DNA of 64,000 nucleotides, from positions 32,001 to 96,000 of the IMG/VR virus record IMGVR_UViG_3300028833_000006; one strand, given 5' to 3'. Position numbers and translations under genes: made by a program. Positions 1 through 11,200 of the stretch are shown here, piece by piece; position 1 is the stretch's first letter; each line of letters opens with the position of its first letter. The stretch comes from a virus. Taxonomy: Duplodnaviria; Caudoviricetes. Below the pieces are notes generated by a model. It was given only the letters and a program-made list of their open reading frames with translations. It ran no database searches and was not told the DNA's origin.

Positions 1-1676
1 TTAATGTATAACTCTTCTACATTTGGCTCAAACTCTGAATATTGAGAAAAATCCATATCAAGAGTATCTCGCTTGACAAACAGCTTTGAATAATCTTCAT
101 CTAATATTGTTCCATTGGCAATGATTACTCCAGCATCAAAACTATACGTGAGTGTCATATATCCAAGATGACCACTTTTGCATTCCATCACCATGTCATA
201 GCCATTAGAGTTATAATCCATAAGGTCATACTCACTGAGCGGTATTGCTCCAGTTGCTGACCCACCAAGATACAAGACCTTAATTGCTACGTCATCCGAT
301 GCCGTACCGTTTATTGTCAATGTACCATCGTCATTAACAGTCCACGTAATATTATTTGATTCGCCAGACTCACAATTGATTGGAAGAACATTCTTAGCAC
401 CATTCTTACGTAATATAGTATGAATGTTGTTATTGTTAGTCTTTACTGTATCAACCGTAGTACCTAGTTCTTTCGTAAGATATCTATTTGGATATGCATA
501 CGGAACATAGGTATAGTCAGTACAACTTGATTGAACCATCATTGCATATATGACATTGTTGTCAAATACAGCACCAGATTTTATTGATATATTAACACTC
601 ATCGAATCTTCGTACTGCTTAGTAGATGATTCTACAAGAGCATCAAATTCATGTTCTATATAATACTGAGAATTAGGAGTCTCTTGCCATAGTTCCATAT
701 CAGATACTGGAGATGGGGATTGCGGATTATTGTAATATAATGTTCCGCTTATATAATTTATACTACTAGACTTAAATAGTGCATTCGTGCTATATATCCT
801 AACTTTGACTCCAGTTTCATTAAATAACGTGTGAATGTCTATTGGCATAGTGTTCTCAAGAACTGACAATGAAAAATTCGCAGTTGCCGTGCCATTCAGC
901 GTTATACTACCGTCACTATTTACTGTCCAAGTAACACCATTTTTACTGCCACTTTCACAAGTTATCGGTAAGAAATTCATTGCGCCATTCTTACGCATCA
1001 GCAGTCTAAGGTTATCATCTGTAGTTTGTAAATTTTCTATTTCCTTAGCAACATTTACATCTTTTATCTGATTGGTTATCTGTTTATTTGTAAGAGTATA
1101 AGGCGCATATGTAAAGTCTGTGCATTCTGGTGCCACAAGCATTGTATAAATTACAGCGTTATCGAATGAAGCACCATTAGATACGGTTACAGTTAAGCCC
1201 CAATTGCCCATAACATCCGATTTAACTATACCATCTGCGATTAATACATCAGTAGTTTTTTCTGTAACAGGTTCTAAATAAGGTGAGGAAAATACCGAAC
1301 AATAGAAAGGAGTGTTTATTATAATTTCACCCATGGTTCGTTTATATACGCCACTTATAGTTAATGTTCCTACGTTTGCAATATCCGCACCAGTACTAGC
1401 AAGTACAATTTTATTTGTAGACCTGAATGCATCAACATCTATCGTGCAATTATCTACAAGAGCAATTACAGTATCTGCGGTTGCTGTACCATTTAATTTT
1501 ATTGAACCGTCCGAATTAACTGTCCATGTAAGACCATTACCAGAGCCGCTTGTTCCATTAATCGGCAAATAATTAATAGCCCCATTCTTACGCATTATTG
1601 TCTGTTGCTCATTTATCTTATCTGCGTATTCTCGCAGTATACTTTCTGCATTATCATAAGAAACAAAATTAGCCAT
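1..1676 (-). CDS. Repeat-containing tail/virion accessory protein (partial, runs off window start)
   Basis: Not in the ORF track because it is truncated. ATG at 1676 after a GGAG RBS; reads MANFVSYDNAESIL...; three ~200-aa repeats each starting RKNGAxNxLPI...TWTVNxDGxxxxNGTA (near 1595, 997 and 410). Confidence 0.7.
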   Translation of the reverse strand, partial: MANFVSYDNAESILREYADKINEQQTIMRKNGAINYLPINGTSGSGNGLTWTVNSDGSIKLNGTATADTVIALVDNCTIDVDAFRSTNKIVLASTGADIANVGTLTISGVYKRTMGEIIINTPFYCSVFSSPYLEPVTEKTTDVLIADGIVKSDVMGNWGLTVTVSNGASFDNAVIYTMLVAPECTDFTYAPYTLTNKQITNQIKDVNVAKEIENLQTTDDNLRLLMRKNGAMNFLPITCESGSKNGVTWTVNSDGSITLNGTATANFSLSVLENTMPIDIHTLFNETGVKVRIYSTNALFKSSSINYISGTLYYNNPQSPSPVSDMELWQETPNSQYYIEHEFDALVESSTKQYEDSMSVNISIKSGAVFDNNVIYAMMVQSSCTDYTYVPYAYPNRYLTKELGTTVDTVKTNNNNIHTILRKNGAKNVLPINCESGESNNITWTVNDDGTLTINGTASDDVAIKVLYLGGSATGAIPLSEYDLMDYNSNGYDMVMECKSGHLGYMTLTYSFDAGVIIANGTILDEDYSKLFVKRDTLDMDFSQYSEFEPNVEELYI

Positions 1677-1696
1677 CTTGTATTCTCCCTTTAAGT

Positions 1697-1732
1697 AAAG
1701 GGATACTCTAGGAGCACCCTAAAGTATCCCTT
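1697..1732 (-). terminator. Hairpin, probable intrinsic terminator
   Basis: AAGGGATACT...AGTATCCCTT inverted repeat just after the 1749..2516 stop. Confidence 0.45.
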
Positions 1733-1748
1733 ATCTATTAACTCTTAA

Positions 1749-2516
1749 TTACCCAAGAAGTCCTATAAGAGTATTAACTTGTTCTGATGTAAGTGCATCG
1801 GGTTCTGCGGCTTGTATGATGTCAAGTACTGTTACCTCGTCAACTTCTGCACTGTCCCACGCACCAGCCGCATGGTCTGCTTTAAACTTATAGAGTCCGT
1901 TATCGTATACAACAATATCTCCAGTTGAGTATGCTGTTGAAGTATCAAAGTTATCATCAGAAATCATCTCTCTGACACTTACAAGATTTGTTGAAACGGT
2001 ATTGATATTAGTTTGTAAAATATCAAGTAAGTCATCAACTGTAACCGCTACTACGTCATTTTCATCCCAAGCACCTGCTGAGTGTGTTGCAGTAAACTTA
2101 TAGAGAACCAAATCCTTGACACAAATGTCACCTACTGCATAATTTTCCGTTGCGTCAAACTCACTTGCAATCATGTCTGATACTGCTGTGATTGCATCCA
2201 TGATAGCATCAACGTCAATGAATGAACCAATAACGTCAAACTTCATGTCGGGTGTCTCTGCATTACCAAGATTTACTATTGCAACATTCGTACCAGCGGG
2301 ATAGTCCTTGCCTGCACCCTCTACGAATCTAGCGTCTGTTGTGAAATCATCGGTAATGTTGTAAACAAAACCATTCATAGACGCTGTAAGTGTACTCGGT
2401 AAATCATCAAATGCAGAATTACCCTTCACTACATACGCACCGTTGAGTGCTGAAAGTTTCTGACCTATTGCGGTCATAAGTTCTGTCGCATTAGCATAAG
2501 ATACAAAATTTGCCAT
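1749..2516 (-). CDS. Virion accessory protein with two CBM5/12-like carbohydrate-binding repeats
   Basis: Two repeats FDxxxxYxxGDIxVxxxxLYKFxAxHxAGAW; located downstream of the tail genes. Confidence 0.6.
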   Translation of the reverse strand: MANFVSYANATELMTAIGQKLSALNGAYVVKGNSAFDDLPSTLTASMNGFVYNITDDFTTDARFVEGAGKDYPAGTNVAIVNLGNAETPDMKFDVIGSFIDVDAIMDAITAVSDMIASEFDATENYAVGDICVKDLVLYKFTATHSAGAWDENDVVAVTVDDLLDILQTNINTVSTNLVSVREMISDDNFDTSTAYSTGDIVVYDNGLYKFKADHAAGAWDSAEVDEVTVLDIIQAAEPDALTSEQVNTLIGLLG

Positions 2517-2526
2517 ATTTCCCTCC

Positions 2527-2727
2527 TTAAATGAGACCTAATAATGTATTCATTTGCTCAAGAGTGAGTTCATCACTCTCAATTTCCAAATCATCTGTGG
2601 ACATATTACCTTCTAAAACATGTCCGTTAATCATAGGCTTATTACTTAATTCATTGTAGTTGGTAGTACCACCACCGCCACCACCGCCCTTTTTAATGGC
2701 AATCGCAAGTATTTCATTATATGTCAT
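2527..2727 (-). CDS. Small tail-associated protein
   Basis: Poly-Gly linker and NYNELSNKPMING motif typical of phage tail accessory proteins. Confidence 0.55.
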   Translation of the reverse strand: MTYNEILAIAIKKGGGGGGGTTNYNELSNKPMINGHVLEGNMSTDDLEIESDELTLEQMNTLLGLI

Positions 2728-2745
2728 ACTTAAATTACCCCCTTA

Positions 2746-2958
2746 TTATATCCAATTCCAAGTTCCATCTGACTTCTTGAATGCAAGGTCAGCATCTGCG
2801 GTTAAGACAGTACTGCCAGGCTCTATCTCTTTGCCCTTCGGAAATCCGATTATGTCATCTGTAGATGTTGTTTCTACTTCGTCTTTAGTATCGGAATATA
2901 AGGAAACTACTACTTGATTATTAAGTATTCCTTGACTTAATTCTGTTACTTTCATCAT
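2746..2958 (-). CDS. Hypothetical phage protein
   Basis: 70-aa ORF with GAGGTG RBS, in operon orientation. Confidence 0.55.
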   Translation of the reverse strand: MMKVTELSQGILNNQVVVSLYSDTKDEVETTSTDDIIGFPKGKEIEPGSTVLTADADLAFKKSDGTWNWI

Positions 2959-3049
2959 AGTTATTCACCTCGTTATGAGTACAACAACTCTCACTTTTTA
3001 TTATACTAAACTAATGGTTTTATGTAAACCTATTTTTATGACAAATGTG

Positions 3050-5011
3050 TCAGTCATCAAATCTATTTACTACAAATGCTACAGTGAACCCACTCAAGTC
3101 ATCACCAACACTTAATAAGTTTGAACCAGTCAATGAAAGGTAATACTCAAATGTTTGTGGGTCTTCTTCGATATATGAAATGAATAAATCAGTACCCCTT
3201 TGTGCAAATACCAGATATTCAACAGTCTCTGCACTAAAATTATCCCCACATACTTGCCAATCAAATCCTAAATCAGTACCATCTGGTGCGTGACTTGCAA
3301 ATATATTTTCCAAACTATCAAAAGGTGACACTATTGTCACATCAAATCCTGTAGATGTATTTGTAACTGTGACTGACTGCACTTTATCTAAATCAAATCC
3401 ACTATCTAAAGTTGCCTTAACATATCTGTTGGGCTGACCAGAAATTACAGTGGTATCTGGTGCATATGCAACATAAGTACCTTGGGTAGTCTCATGATTG
3501 ATTATCTCTAGATTACCAAGAGTGCCACCATCAACTACAACTTTCTTATATTTGATTTTGTACAACTCCTCCATAATATCAGAGAATGACTCACCAATAA
3601 CTTGTCGTATTTTTGCTGACGAATACGTATTCGTTGTATTAGTTATATTATCATTAATTAAACCACACCTTTGACTGTATATCTGTACACTTTGTATATA
3701 CTCTCCTTGACTTGTTGAAGTAGATAAAAGACCATGTGTGCCAAGAACAGTGTGTGTAGTCGTATTTACTAAATACATATACATAGAACTGCCGGTCACA
3801 ATAAGTACAAGTGCTATGTCATTATCAATATGATAATATGTGAAATTAGTTAAATTTGTAGCATATCCGTATGATAAATCGTACGTAGTCAAATCTGCCT
3901 TATCTAATACTTGACCTACAACCTCAGTACCATCCATATAAGTTAATGTAATTGCCATTGGAATATCTGAATTATTCCAAGGGTAGAAAATTATAGCACC
4001 TTCATCACCACTATATGCTGTATAACTTTCCCAAGTCTCACCCAAATTCGTAGAGTAGAATGGAACTGGTATTCTACTACCGCTTTCGATAATGACAGAA
4101 CTTACAGTTGACCACGTTGTATCTCCAAAAACATCTGCTACGATTTTCTCACTTGAGTATGTCGTATTTAAAGACTTATTTTCATCATCAATCAGATTAC
4201 TTATGGGCTGTACATTACCATAAACCAATACCATTGGATAATATACATAATAATCTTGTGCGTATCGTATACCAACATTAGTTTGAGTTATAGTATGTGT
4301 TGTTGCATTAAGTCCTACAACTACAGCATAATATGATGAACCATAGTAAGTTAATGCAACTAACAGAATGTCACCGCTAGTGCCTGTCACCCATGAATCT
4401 ACAACGGTATAATTTGATATAGAATCTATAAATGCGACACTAGTGTCAGATTGTAAATATCTGTTCAACACATCGTAGCCACAATATGTCCTTAATACTG
4501 TGGGTACATCTGTGGGTGTAATACCGCTAGGTAAATTACTAGAATCATTGATTTGATAGAACCTAATCGGTAAAATTTCAGACCCAAATGTATAACTATG
4601 CTTAGTATGCTCACCATCATAATAACAAATGTCAATTGAACTGACTTGGTGAAGTGCTGAAAGTTTCATGCTGTTTGTATTTTGCATTACAAACAATTGT
4701 GAATCTATCACACTTTTAAGTTGTCGCAAAGAATCAAGTGTTGCGACATCTCTACGAGACGTACTTGTGAAATTACTGCCATCTAATTTGTGACCAGTTA
4801 TATTCATGTACATCAGAGCATATGCATTATCCACGATAGTATACACGTCATTGACAATGGATAAATCAACGTCTTTTAAGCCATTGGATATTGCCTCATC
4901 TGCGTTATCTGCTGCGTCTTCAATACCATCTTCAATATGTGATAATCTATCTGCACTAATTGGTGTTGTTTCGTCTGGGTAATCTACCCAATTTTGTTTG
5001 TCATATGCCAT
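3050..5011 (-). CDS. Tail fibre / receptor-binding protein
   Basis: N-terminus MAYDKQNW...TPISADRLSHIEDGI is typical of tail fibres; repeated IxDxxxxxxxTYSSxKI linker; position after the baseplate genes. Confidence 0.65.
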   Translation of the reverse strand: MAYDKQNWVDYPDETTPISADRLSHIEDGIEDAADNADEAISNGLKDVDLSIVNDVYTIVDNAYALMYMNITGHKLDGSNFTSTSRRDVATLDSLRQLKSVIDSQLFVMQNTNSMKLSALHQVSSIDICYYDGEHTKHSYTFGSEILPIRFYQINDSSNLPSGITPTDVPTVLRTYCGYDVLNRYLQSDTSVAFIDSISNYTVVDSWVTGTSGDILLVALTYYGSSYYAVVVGLNATTHTITQTNVGIRYAQDYYVYYPMVLVYGNVQPISNLIDDENKSLNTTYSSEKIVADVFGDTTWSTVSSVIIESGSRIPVPFYSTNLGETWESYTAYSGDEGAIIFYPWNNSDIPMAITLTYMDGTEVVGQVLDKADLTTYDLSYGYATNLTNFTYYHIDNDIALVLIVTGSSMYMYLVNTTTHTVLGTHGLLSTSTSQGEYIQSVQIYSQRCGLINDNITNTTNTYSSAKIRQVIGESFSDIMEELYKIKYKKVVVDGGTLGNLEIINHETTQGTYVAYAPDTTVISGQPNRYVKATLDSGFDLDKVQSVTVTNTSTGFDVTIVSPFDSLENIFASHAPDGTDLGFDWQVCGDNFSAETVEYLVFAQRGTDLFISYIEEDPQTFEYYLSLTGSNLLSVGDDLSGFTVAFVVNRFDD

Positions 5012-5022
5012 AAATAATCTCC

Positions 5023-6507
5023 TTATGATAAATCTTCATAATATGAATCACTGTTATAGTATCCAGGATTGTAATAACACACATGCAAATTCGATACAGA
5101 ATATTTTTCATCATTAGATACTATACCAATTAATGGATTAAACCAGTATTTTCTAGCCATCAATACATTATAATTATGCATAATGTTGTCAGAAACATTG
5201 TGCGAAGCACTGATTTCACCGAAAACACATACCGCATGTGGTGAAATATTGTGCATTGCATCAACATTATACTCAAAACCAGAATCTGTACCATTCTTTG
5301 TGGTGATAAATCCATTACAAAGACTACGCTTAATAGCATTCCAAAAATCGTTATAAGTATATAGTCTATAATTTGACCTACCGTATGACACCCTAATGTC
5401 ATTAAAGTTCTCACCACTAGATTCATGTATTTCATGCGCATTAAGACCACCCTCATGGTCTGCAAATGCTAATATCTGTTTTTTGGGGTCTATACCAAAA
5501 TAATCTGTACCTGTTCCAGTAAATTTTTCGAGATACAAATATAAACAACACTGCCAACTTGTTGATGTGGTTAATGGTGCATTTGGAAATACGGCAAAAT
5601 CTCGAAGGTTATAATTATATTCACCTGCAGCTGGGTAACGTCCACCGCTATATACTTCATTCCAACTATATATAACCTTTCTAGTTATACCCCCATATGA
5701 ATTAATTGCAATAACCCCTAAGTTACTCTTGAGACCACCAACATTAATTTGTTGAGTAAATACAAAATAACTTAAACCAGACATAGGTGATTTAAGTGCA
5801 AGAGACTCAAGATTACCACCACTACTTGGGATGAATGACGTAATTTGCGTAATTTCGCTATCCTTTGCATTAAATAATTTACCCCGAAATATAAAATACT
5901 CTGTAATGCCTTTTTGATATTCACTACGAACACCTGTTACTCGTAAATCTTCCGCATAACTACTTGAATACGGCACATTTATATATTCAACGGTGTGTGA
6001 CGTAAAATCTCCATTAAAATTAATTACAGTAATATCATAACCGCCACTAGGACAAACAATTATTCTATTGTGATGTGTAACAAAACATGAAACACTCATC
6101 GCTGTGGTGAAAGTGAGATTAACCGTATCAAGTAAATTTCCACTAATATCATAAATTGATATTGTATGAGTATAACTTCCATAAACACTTGACGGTAAAC
6201 AGAAAATAATACCATTATATTCAGCATATGTTCTATATATCTGCCATGCACTATCACGGTCGCCCAAAAACGAAACTAAACTGTTACTATATGAATTTGT
6301 AGACGGTACATAATTATTACGATTACCCACATAAATCCTTTTACTGCCACCTTGTGAGATTTGACTTAATAAATAACCGCCCTTAAACGCAAACCCATTC
6401 TCCCACACAACAACACCATCATGTATCCACTTAGTGAGATTAACACCATTGTATACAGGTTGCTCAACTATTGTTCCGTTGTAGTTTAGATTTCTTACTC
6501 TTGCCAT
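5023..6507 (-). CDS. Putative tail/baseplate protein
   Basis: 494-aa beta-rich ORF between the hub and fibre genes. Confidence 0.5.
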   Translation of the reverse strand: MARVRNLNYNGTIVEQPVYNGVNLTKWIHDGVVVWENGFAFKGGYLLSQISQGGSKRIYVGNRNNYVPSTNSYSNSLVSFLGDRDSAWQIYRTYAEYNGIIFCLPSSVYGSYTHTISIYDISGNLLDTVNLTFTTAMSVSCFVTHHNRIIVCPSGGYDITVINFNGDFTSHTVEYINVPYSSSYAEDLRVTGVRSEYQKGITEYFIFRGKLFNAKDSEITQITSFIPSSGGNLESLALKSPMSGLSYFVFTQQINVGGLKSNLGVIAINSYGGITRKVIYSWNEVYSGGRYPAAGEYNYNLRDFAVFPNAPLTTSTSWQCCLYLYLEKFTGTGTDYFGIDPKKQILAFADHEGGLNAHEIHESSGENFNDIRVSYGRSNYRLYTYNDFWNAIKRSLCNGFITTKNGTDSGFEYNVDAMHNISPHAVCVFGEISASHNVSDNIMHNYNVLMARKYWFNPLIGIVSNDEKYSVSNLHVCYYNPGYYNSDSYYEDLS

Positions 6508-6511
6508 AAAT

Positions 6512-7852
6512 TTATGAAAGCATGGTAGAAGATGTTTCTAGAATGCCTGTACTAGCATCCCAATTAACAACTACCATTACTTCTTGACCCCCAAAAGTGC
6601 CATATAAATTATCCCAATCGCTGTCATACTCTTCAAACTTATAGTCATAGTCTTTACTACTTGTATCTTGTTTTGTTTGAATAGTCTGTAGTCTAGCATT
6701 GATGTCTGTTATAAATTCGTTTTGATACTCTTCGCCCTTTGACTCAAAGTTATCTTTTAATGCTTGTATGCCAGTCAGTTTTCTATTGAATATATAGAAA
6801 TCCATAGACTGTGTTGCTTGTTGTGCGTCTAAATAATAGAATGATACTGCATCTACTCCGCACTCTGCATAGGGTAAGCCATTATTTGTTGATAAATACG
6901 GATAGTATGTTATGTTCTGCACCTTCATATAGATTTCTCTTGCTATATTCTTCAAAACTTGAGTACTTAATTTATATGCAAACATATTGGCTTGAATAAT
7001 ATAATTGTTCTCACCACTACCATATGTGACACCAGTGTCAGTTTCACTTTCCCTTATAGTTACTTTATCAACTGGCTTTACTTCAAAATCTTGATACTCT
7101 ACAAGTCTGTAATACCCCATTATTTCTGAATTTCTGTAAGGAGACTCAGATGAACCACCTGGGAATATATCATAAGACGGGAACAGCGCAAGTGACGGAT
7201 ATAATGCGTTTACTGTCTGTTTAAGATACCTAAACTCAAATAATCCGTCTCTATTAACTATACCGAAACAACCATTTATCTGACATAGTGACTTTAGTAC
7301 CACTAGACTTTGTAACGTCTTAGGCTCATATTGCTTATTTATGACAACACTGTCATTTGGTAATGTTGACTCTACGTAAGGTAAATGTATATAACTCAAT
7401 AAACTTCTTCTCAATGCCCCCAAAGTTATGGGAAAATGAAGATTGTTATACCAATTAGCAACTTCTACTTGACCACATTTATACAATATGTCATAAGCAG
7501 TTATCTTTATAAAATTCTTTCCAGTTTCTTTCTTGGCTTCATCTACAATGCCCTTAAATAACGGTATCGGCTCATCTTCTGTACCTTCTGTATAAATGGT
7601 AGCCTCTATACGTTTACCCTTGAGTACCTTTTGATATGTTGCATTATTTCGTATTTGTACCTCAAATTTACTTGAGATACATCCCACAAATTCTATACTA
7701 GTATTCTCAAGTATGCTTTCGTACAAGTTCATTGACTCAGCATATACTTCACTCGTAGGTATAGTTAAAGACAACTCTGGAAATGTCAATACCAAAGTCT
7801 TCTGCACACTATCACTTTTATATGCTCTTCTTACTTCATCTGATACATTCAT
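6512..7852 (-). CDS. Tail tip/baseplate hub (Tal-like) protein
   Basis: Second gene after the tape measure; FVGCISSKFEV and GCFGIVNRDG motifs of siphovirus hub proteins. Confidence 0.6.
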   Translation of the reverse strand: MNVSDEVRRAYKSDSVQKTLVLTFPELSLTIPTSEVYAESMNLYESILENTSIEFVGCISSKFEVQIRNNATYQKVLKGKRIEATIYTEGTEDEPIPLFKGIVDEAKKETGKNFIKITAYDILYKCGQVEVANWYNNLHFPITLGALRRSLLSYIHLPYVESTLPNDSVVINKQYEPKTLQSLVVLKSLCQINGCFGIVNRDGLFEFRYLKQTVNALYPSLALFPSYDIFPGGSSESPYRNSEIMGYYRLVEYQDFEVKPVDKVTIRESETDTGVTYGSGENNYIIQANMFAYKLSTQVLKNIAREIYMKVQNITYYPYLSTNNGLPYAECGVDAVSFYYLDAQQATQSMDFYIFNRKLTGIQALKDNFESKGEEYQNEFITDINARLQTIQTKQDTSSKDYDYKFEEYDSDWDNLYGTFGGQEVMVVVNWDASTGILETSSTMLS

Positions 7853-7857
7853 ATGCT

Positions 7858-8259
7858 TTAATACTCAATAAACTGAAACTTAAGTTGCTCAAATCTACCA
7901 CCCATATGTTTTACAGTTGTTTGAAAACTAGGGTCAAGATAGAAGTGTCCTGTTTTCATTGAAAAACTCTCGGTATCAAAGTAAGTACAGTTAGCGTCTC
8001 TTTCTTTTGAATTAATATAATTACTTGTGAGACCTTGCATTATTTCTGCCACTTCTTCCCACTTGAGATTTTTACGTGTGGTGATAGTAATGTCAGTTTT
8101 AGTGTGACTAACTGCATTTCTATGTGTAAGACCTGTTTGGTCTGTATATGGGTCTAAATCTTGCCTTTGATTAGGTTTGATATCATACCCACCCTCATTT
8201 ATATATTTGTCTGGAAATATAAAGTTTCCGAACTTAAATGTATAACTAGGAACTGACAT
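7858..8259 (-). CDS. Distal tail (Dit-like) protein
   Basis: 133 aa directly after the tape measure gene, ends FQFIEY. Confidence 0.6.
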   Translation of the reverse strand: MSVPSYTFKFGNFIFPDKYINEGGYDIKPNQRQDLDPYTDQTGLTHRNAVSHTKTDITITTRKNLKWEEVAEIMQGLTSNYINSKERDANCTYFDTESFSMKTGHFYLDPSFQTTVKHMGGRFEQLKFQFIEY

Positions 8260-8273
8260 TACTTTTCACTCCT

Positions 8274-11200
8274 CTATGCAAATGCGCTCGAACCAGTTTG
8301 TTTTCTATACTGATTGTTTTGTGTCTGTACTGCTCTAAATACTTCCCTACCATCTATTTGTATCACAATATCGCCAGAATTTCCACCACCCATTCCATAC
8401 ATATTCATTTCACCAAGTGCTTCTATCATGGCTTGTTTCATTGTTGAAAGCGGCGATACTACTTCTGTCTCTTTATTGTTATCACCAAGTATTGCAAGGT
8501 ATTCTGACATACTAGGCGGTATCACTTGACCTGTTGCATGTCTAGGTATTGTTATCCTACTTGATACACTTCTATAGGCATTACTTGCCATATTAGATAC
8601 TTGACTACTAACACTTGATACCGCACTTGATATCTGACTTATGACACTAGATATCATGCTTGCAAGTGAACTTAATGCACTTCTCACACTAGATACCATA
8701 CTGCTCACCACACCTAATACTCGTGATTTCACATTATTGAATGCACTCACAAATTGCGTGCCAAAGTTGGATATCTGTGATACAAAATTACCAATGTTCT
8801 GTGTCCAACCGTTTATTAATCCTTGTACAATATCCCTACCAATATTCTGCATTACTACAGAGGGTGAGTGTACTTGGAATATAGTTTTTACAGCGGTTAT
8901 AATGCCTTGTAATCCAGGAGTTATTGCACCTACAATAGTTGCAATACCACCTAATAATCCAGTTTTAAGACCCTCTGATATATTAGTACCTAACGAATTT
9001 GCATTCGGCATATTAGCAGTAGTAAATGTACTATCTAATGCTGAAATGGACGCATTACCAGTCGCTATCATGGTTTCTTGTGGTACAGTAATCTCATTAG
9101 CCACATTCGTACCAAATGTTTGTGCATTAGGCATGTTGGCAGTAGTAAATTCATTATCCATTGCCGTAACTGCTTGCCTTGTCTGTGATGCTAAATTCTC
9201 TGTAGACAATCCAGTATCTAACATTGTTTGAACATTCGGCCCGAAGTTATGACCGTTTGGCATATTGGCTGTCGTGAACTCACTATCTGCTTTTTGTATT
9301 GCCTCTTTTACACTAGTAGGTAGTCTATCAAGATTATCTGCGAGTGACTGTGTTGCCCACTGTGACTCTTGATTTGCTCTTTCAATAGCACTCTTCACAC
9401 TAGTAGGTAATCTGTCCATATTATCAGCAAGTGACTGAGTAGCCCATTGTGCTTCTTGGTCTGCTTGCTGTATAGCCGCCTTAACTGATGTGGGTACTTT
9501 ATCTAATTCAATATTAAGTCTTTCACTCTTCTCAACTATCTTATCAGACGCTGTACTTACACTGTTGACAAGACTGTCATAATATTCTTGTGACTTACCT
9601 TGACTTGCATACCAATCTTCTACAGTCTGACTTGAGTGTAAAATTGTATCATTTGACTGTGATATTGTACTTGCTGTAATGTCCGCAAGTGCTCCGCTTT
9701 CACGCATTGCATTTTGCACAGCAACATATGCTTCATCACCGTCTCTCAAATGGTCGAAGAATTTATATGTCGCATTATCTACCTCACCATATTTACTAGC
9801 AAGTATAGATAACATACCGTTAACATCATTGCCATTAGTTTCAAGTATGCCTAAACCCTCATTTATTTGGATTAATGCTGTCGTATTATCTTTCCACGCA
9901 AGTCCATTACCACGAACCTTGACATTATTTTCGTCTAAAGCACCAGTAAGAGCACTTAAATCTGAGTGGGTTTCAATAATTTTCTTACGGAACTCGTCCA
10001 TTTGGCGACCGGCACCTGCGCTATCGCCATAATTATTCATACGAGCAACTTTATTCATCTCTTCTGTTGCAGGTATGACACCGTTTTCAATAGACTTTGT
10101 AAGGTCATCTACAGCCTTTTGGTTCTCTTTTGCAACATCCGCAATACCATTCTCATACCCAAGTTGCTTTGCAAGTATATCAGCAAGTCCAATAGTAAGT
10201 GCTCCTGCTACCGCACCCAATAATGCGCCAACAAGGAGTCCACCTAATGCTGTACCGAGTCCTGATGCGGCACTTGTCACTGCGCTATTTGTTGCAAGTT
10301 CTTTGAATGGTGCTGTAAAACCTTTGCCTAAAGCAGTTCCACCAAGTTTACTAAGCATACCACTTACAACACTACCGCCCATCTTCTTACCTGCATTGGT
10401 AAGTAAATTAAGTATTACTGCGCCACCAAGTAGTTTGCTAACTATCTCTGGCCAGTCAAGTCTAAGTTTTGCCATTATGACTGATTTGATTGTGTTCTTT
10501 ACTTTTGATAAATCAACAAGTTTAATTGCATGTACAAGGAAATCGACAACTCTGTCAATTACACGAGATACAAGTTTATCTACTTTATCCCAATCAATAT
10601 TTTCTTCTATCTTATCAAGCCATAATTCTATCTCATCAAGTAATGCATCAAATGAATCTACGATACCTTCCCAATCCATATTTTCTATGAATGTTTTGAT
10701 ACCTTGTATGAGTTTATCTTTATCTACTTTCTGTAAGAAATTGGTTATAGCATCTATAGCACCCTTGATAAAATTACCTAATGCCTCACCATTTGTCTCC
10801 CAGTCAAATTCATCAACTGCCTTATTTATAGCACTTGCAAGTCTCTCAAGAATACCCTTGCCATCAAAATTCTCACCAAATTCTTTGGCTTTCTCAAATA
10901 TAGTATTTAATCTATCAGCAAAAGTAGAGCCTATCTCTTCCCACTTAATATCATTCTTTATTCTGTCACTAAGTGTCTTTGCAATATCACCCAATTTAAG
11001 GTTCTTAATGAATTGAGTAATCCTATCTGCTATAGCTTGCCACCTTAATTCTTCAAGTGCATCCCCAATGCCATTGATTATCTGTACAAAATCAATGTCT
11101 TCAATAAATGATGTTATGGTATCTACAAGACCATAGAGGAAATTACCTACTGTCTTACCGTTTTCTCTCCAACTAAAGTTGGCAAATCCCTTATTTATTG

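Noticed and set aside
1-6507. Diversity-generating retroelement or invertible tail-fibre cassette
   Set aside because: No reverse transcriptase, invertase or TR/VR pair recognised in the window
8990-9500. Tandem repeats in the tape measure gene (QWATQSLADN.DRLPTSVK and FTTANMPN)
   Set aside because: Internal repeats are ordinary for tape measure proteins
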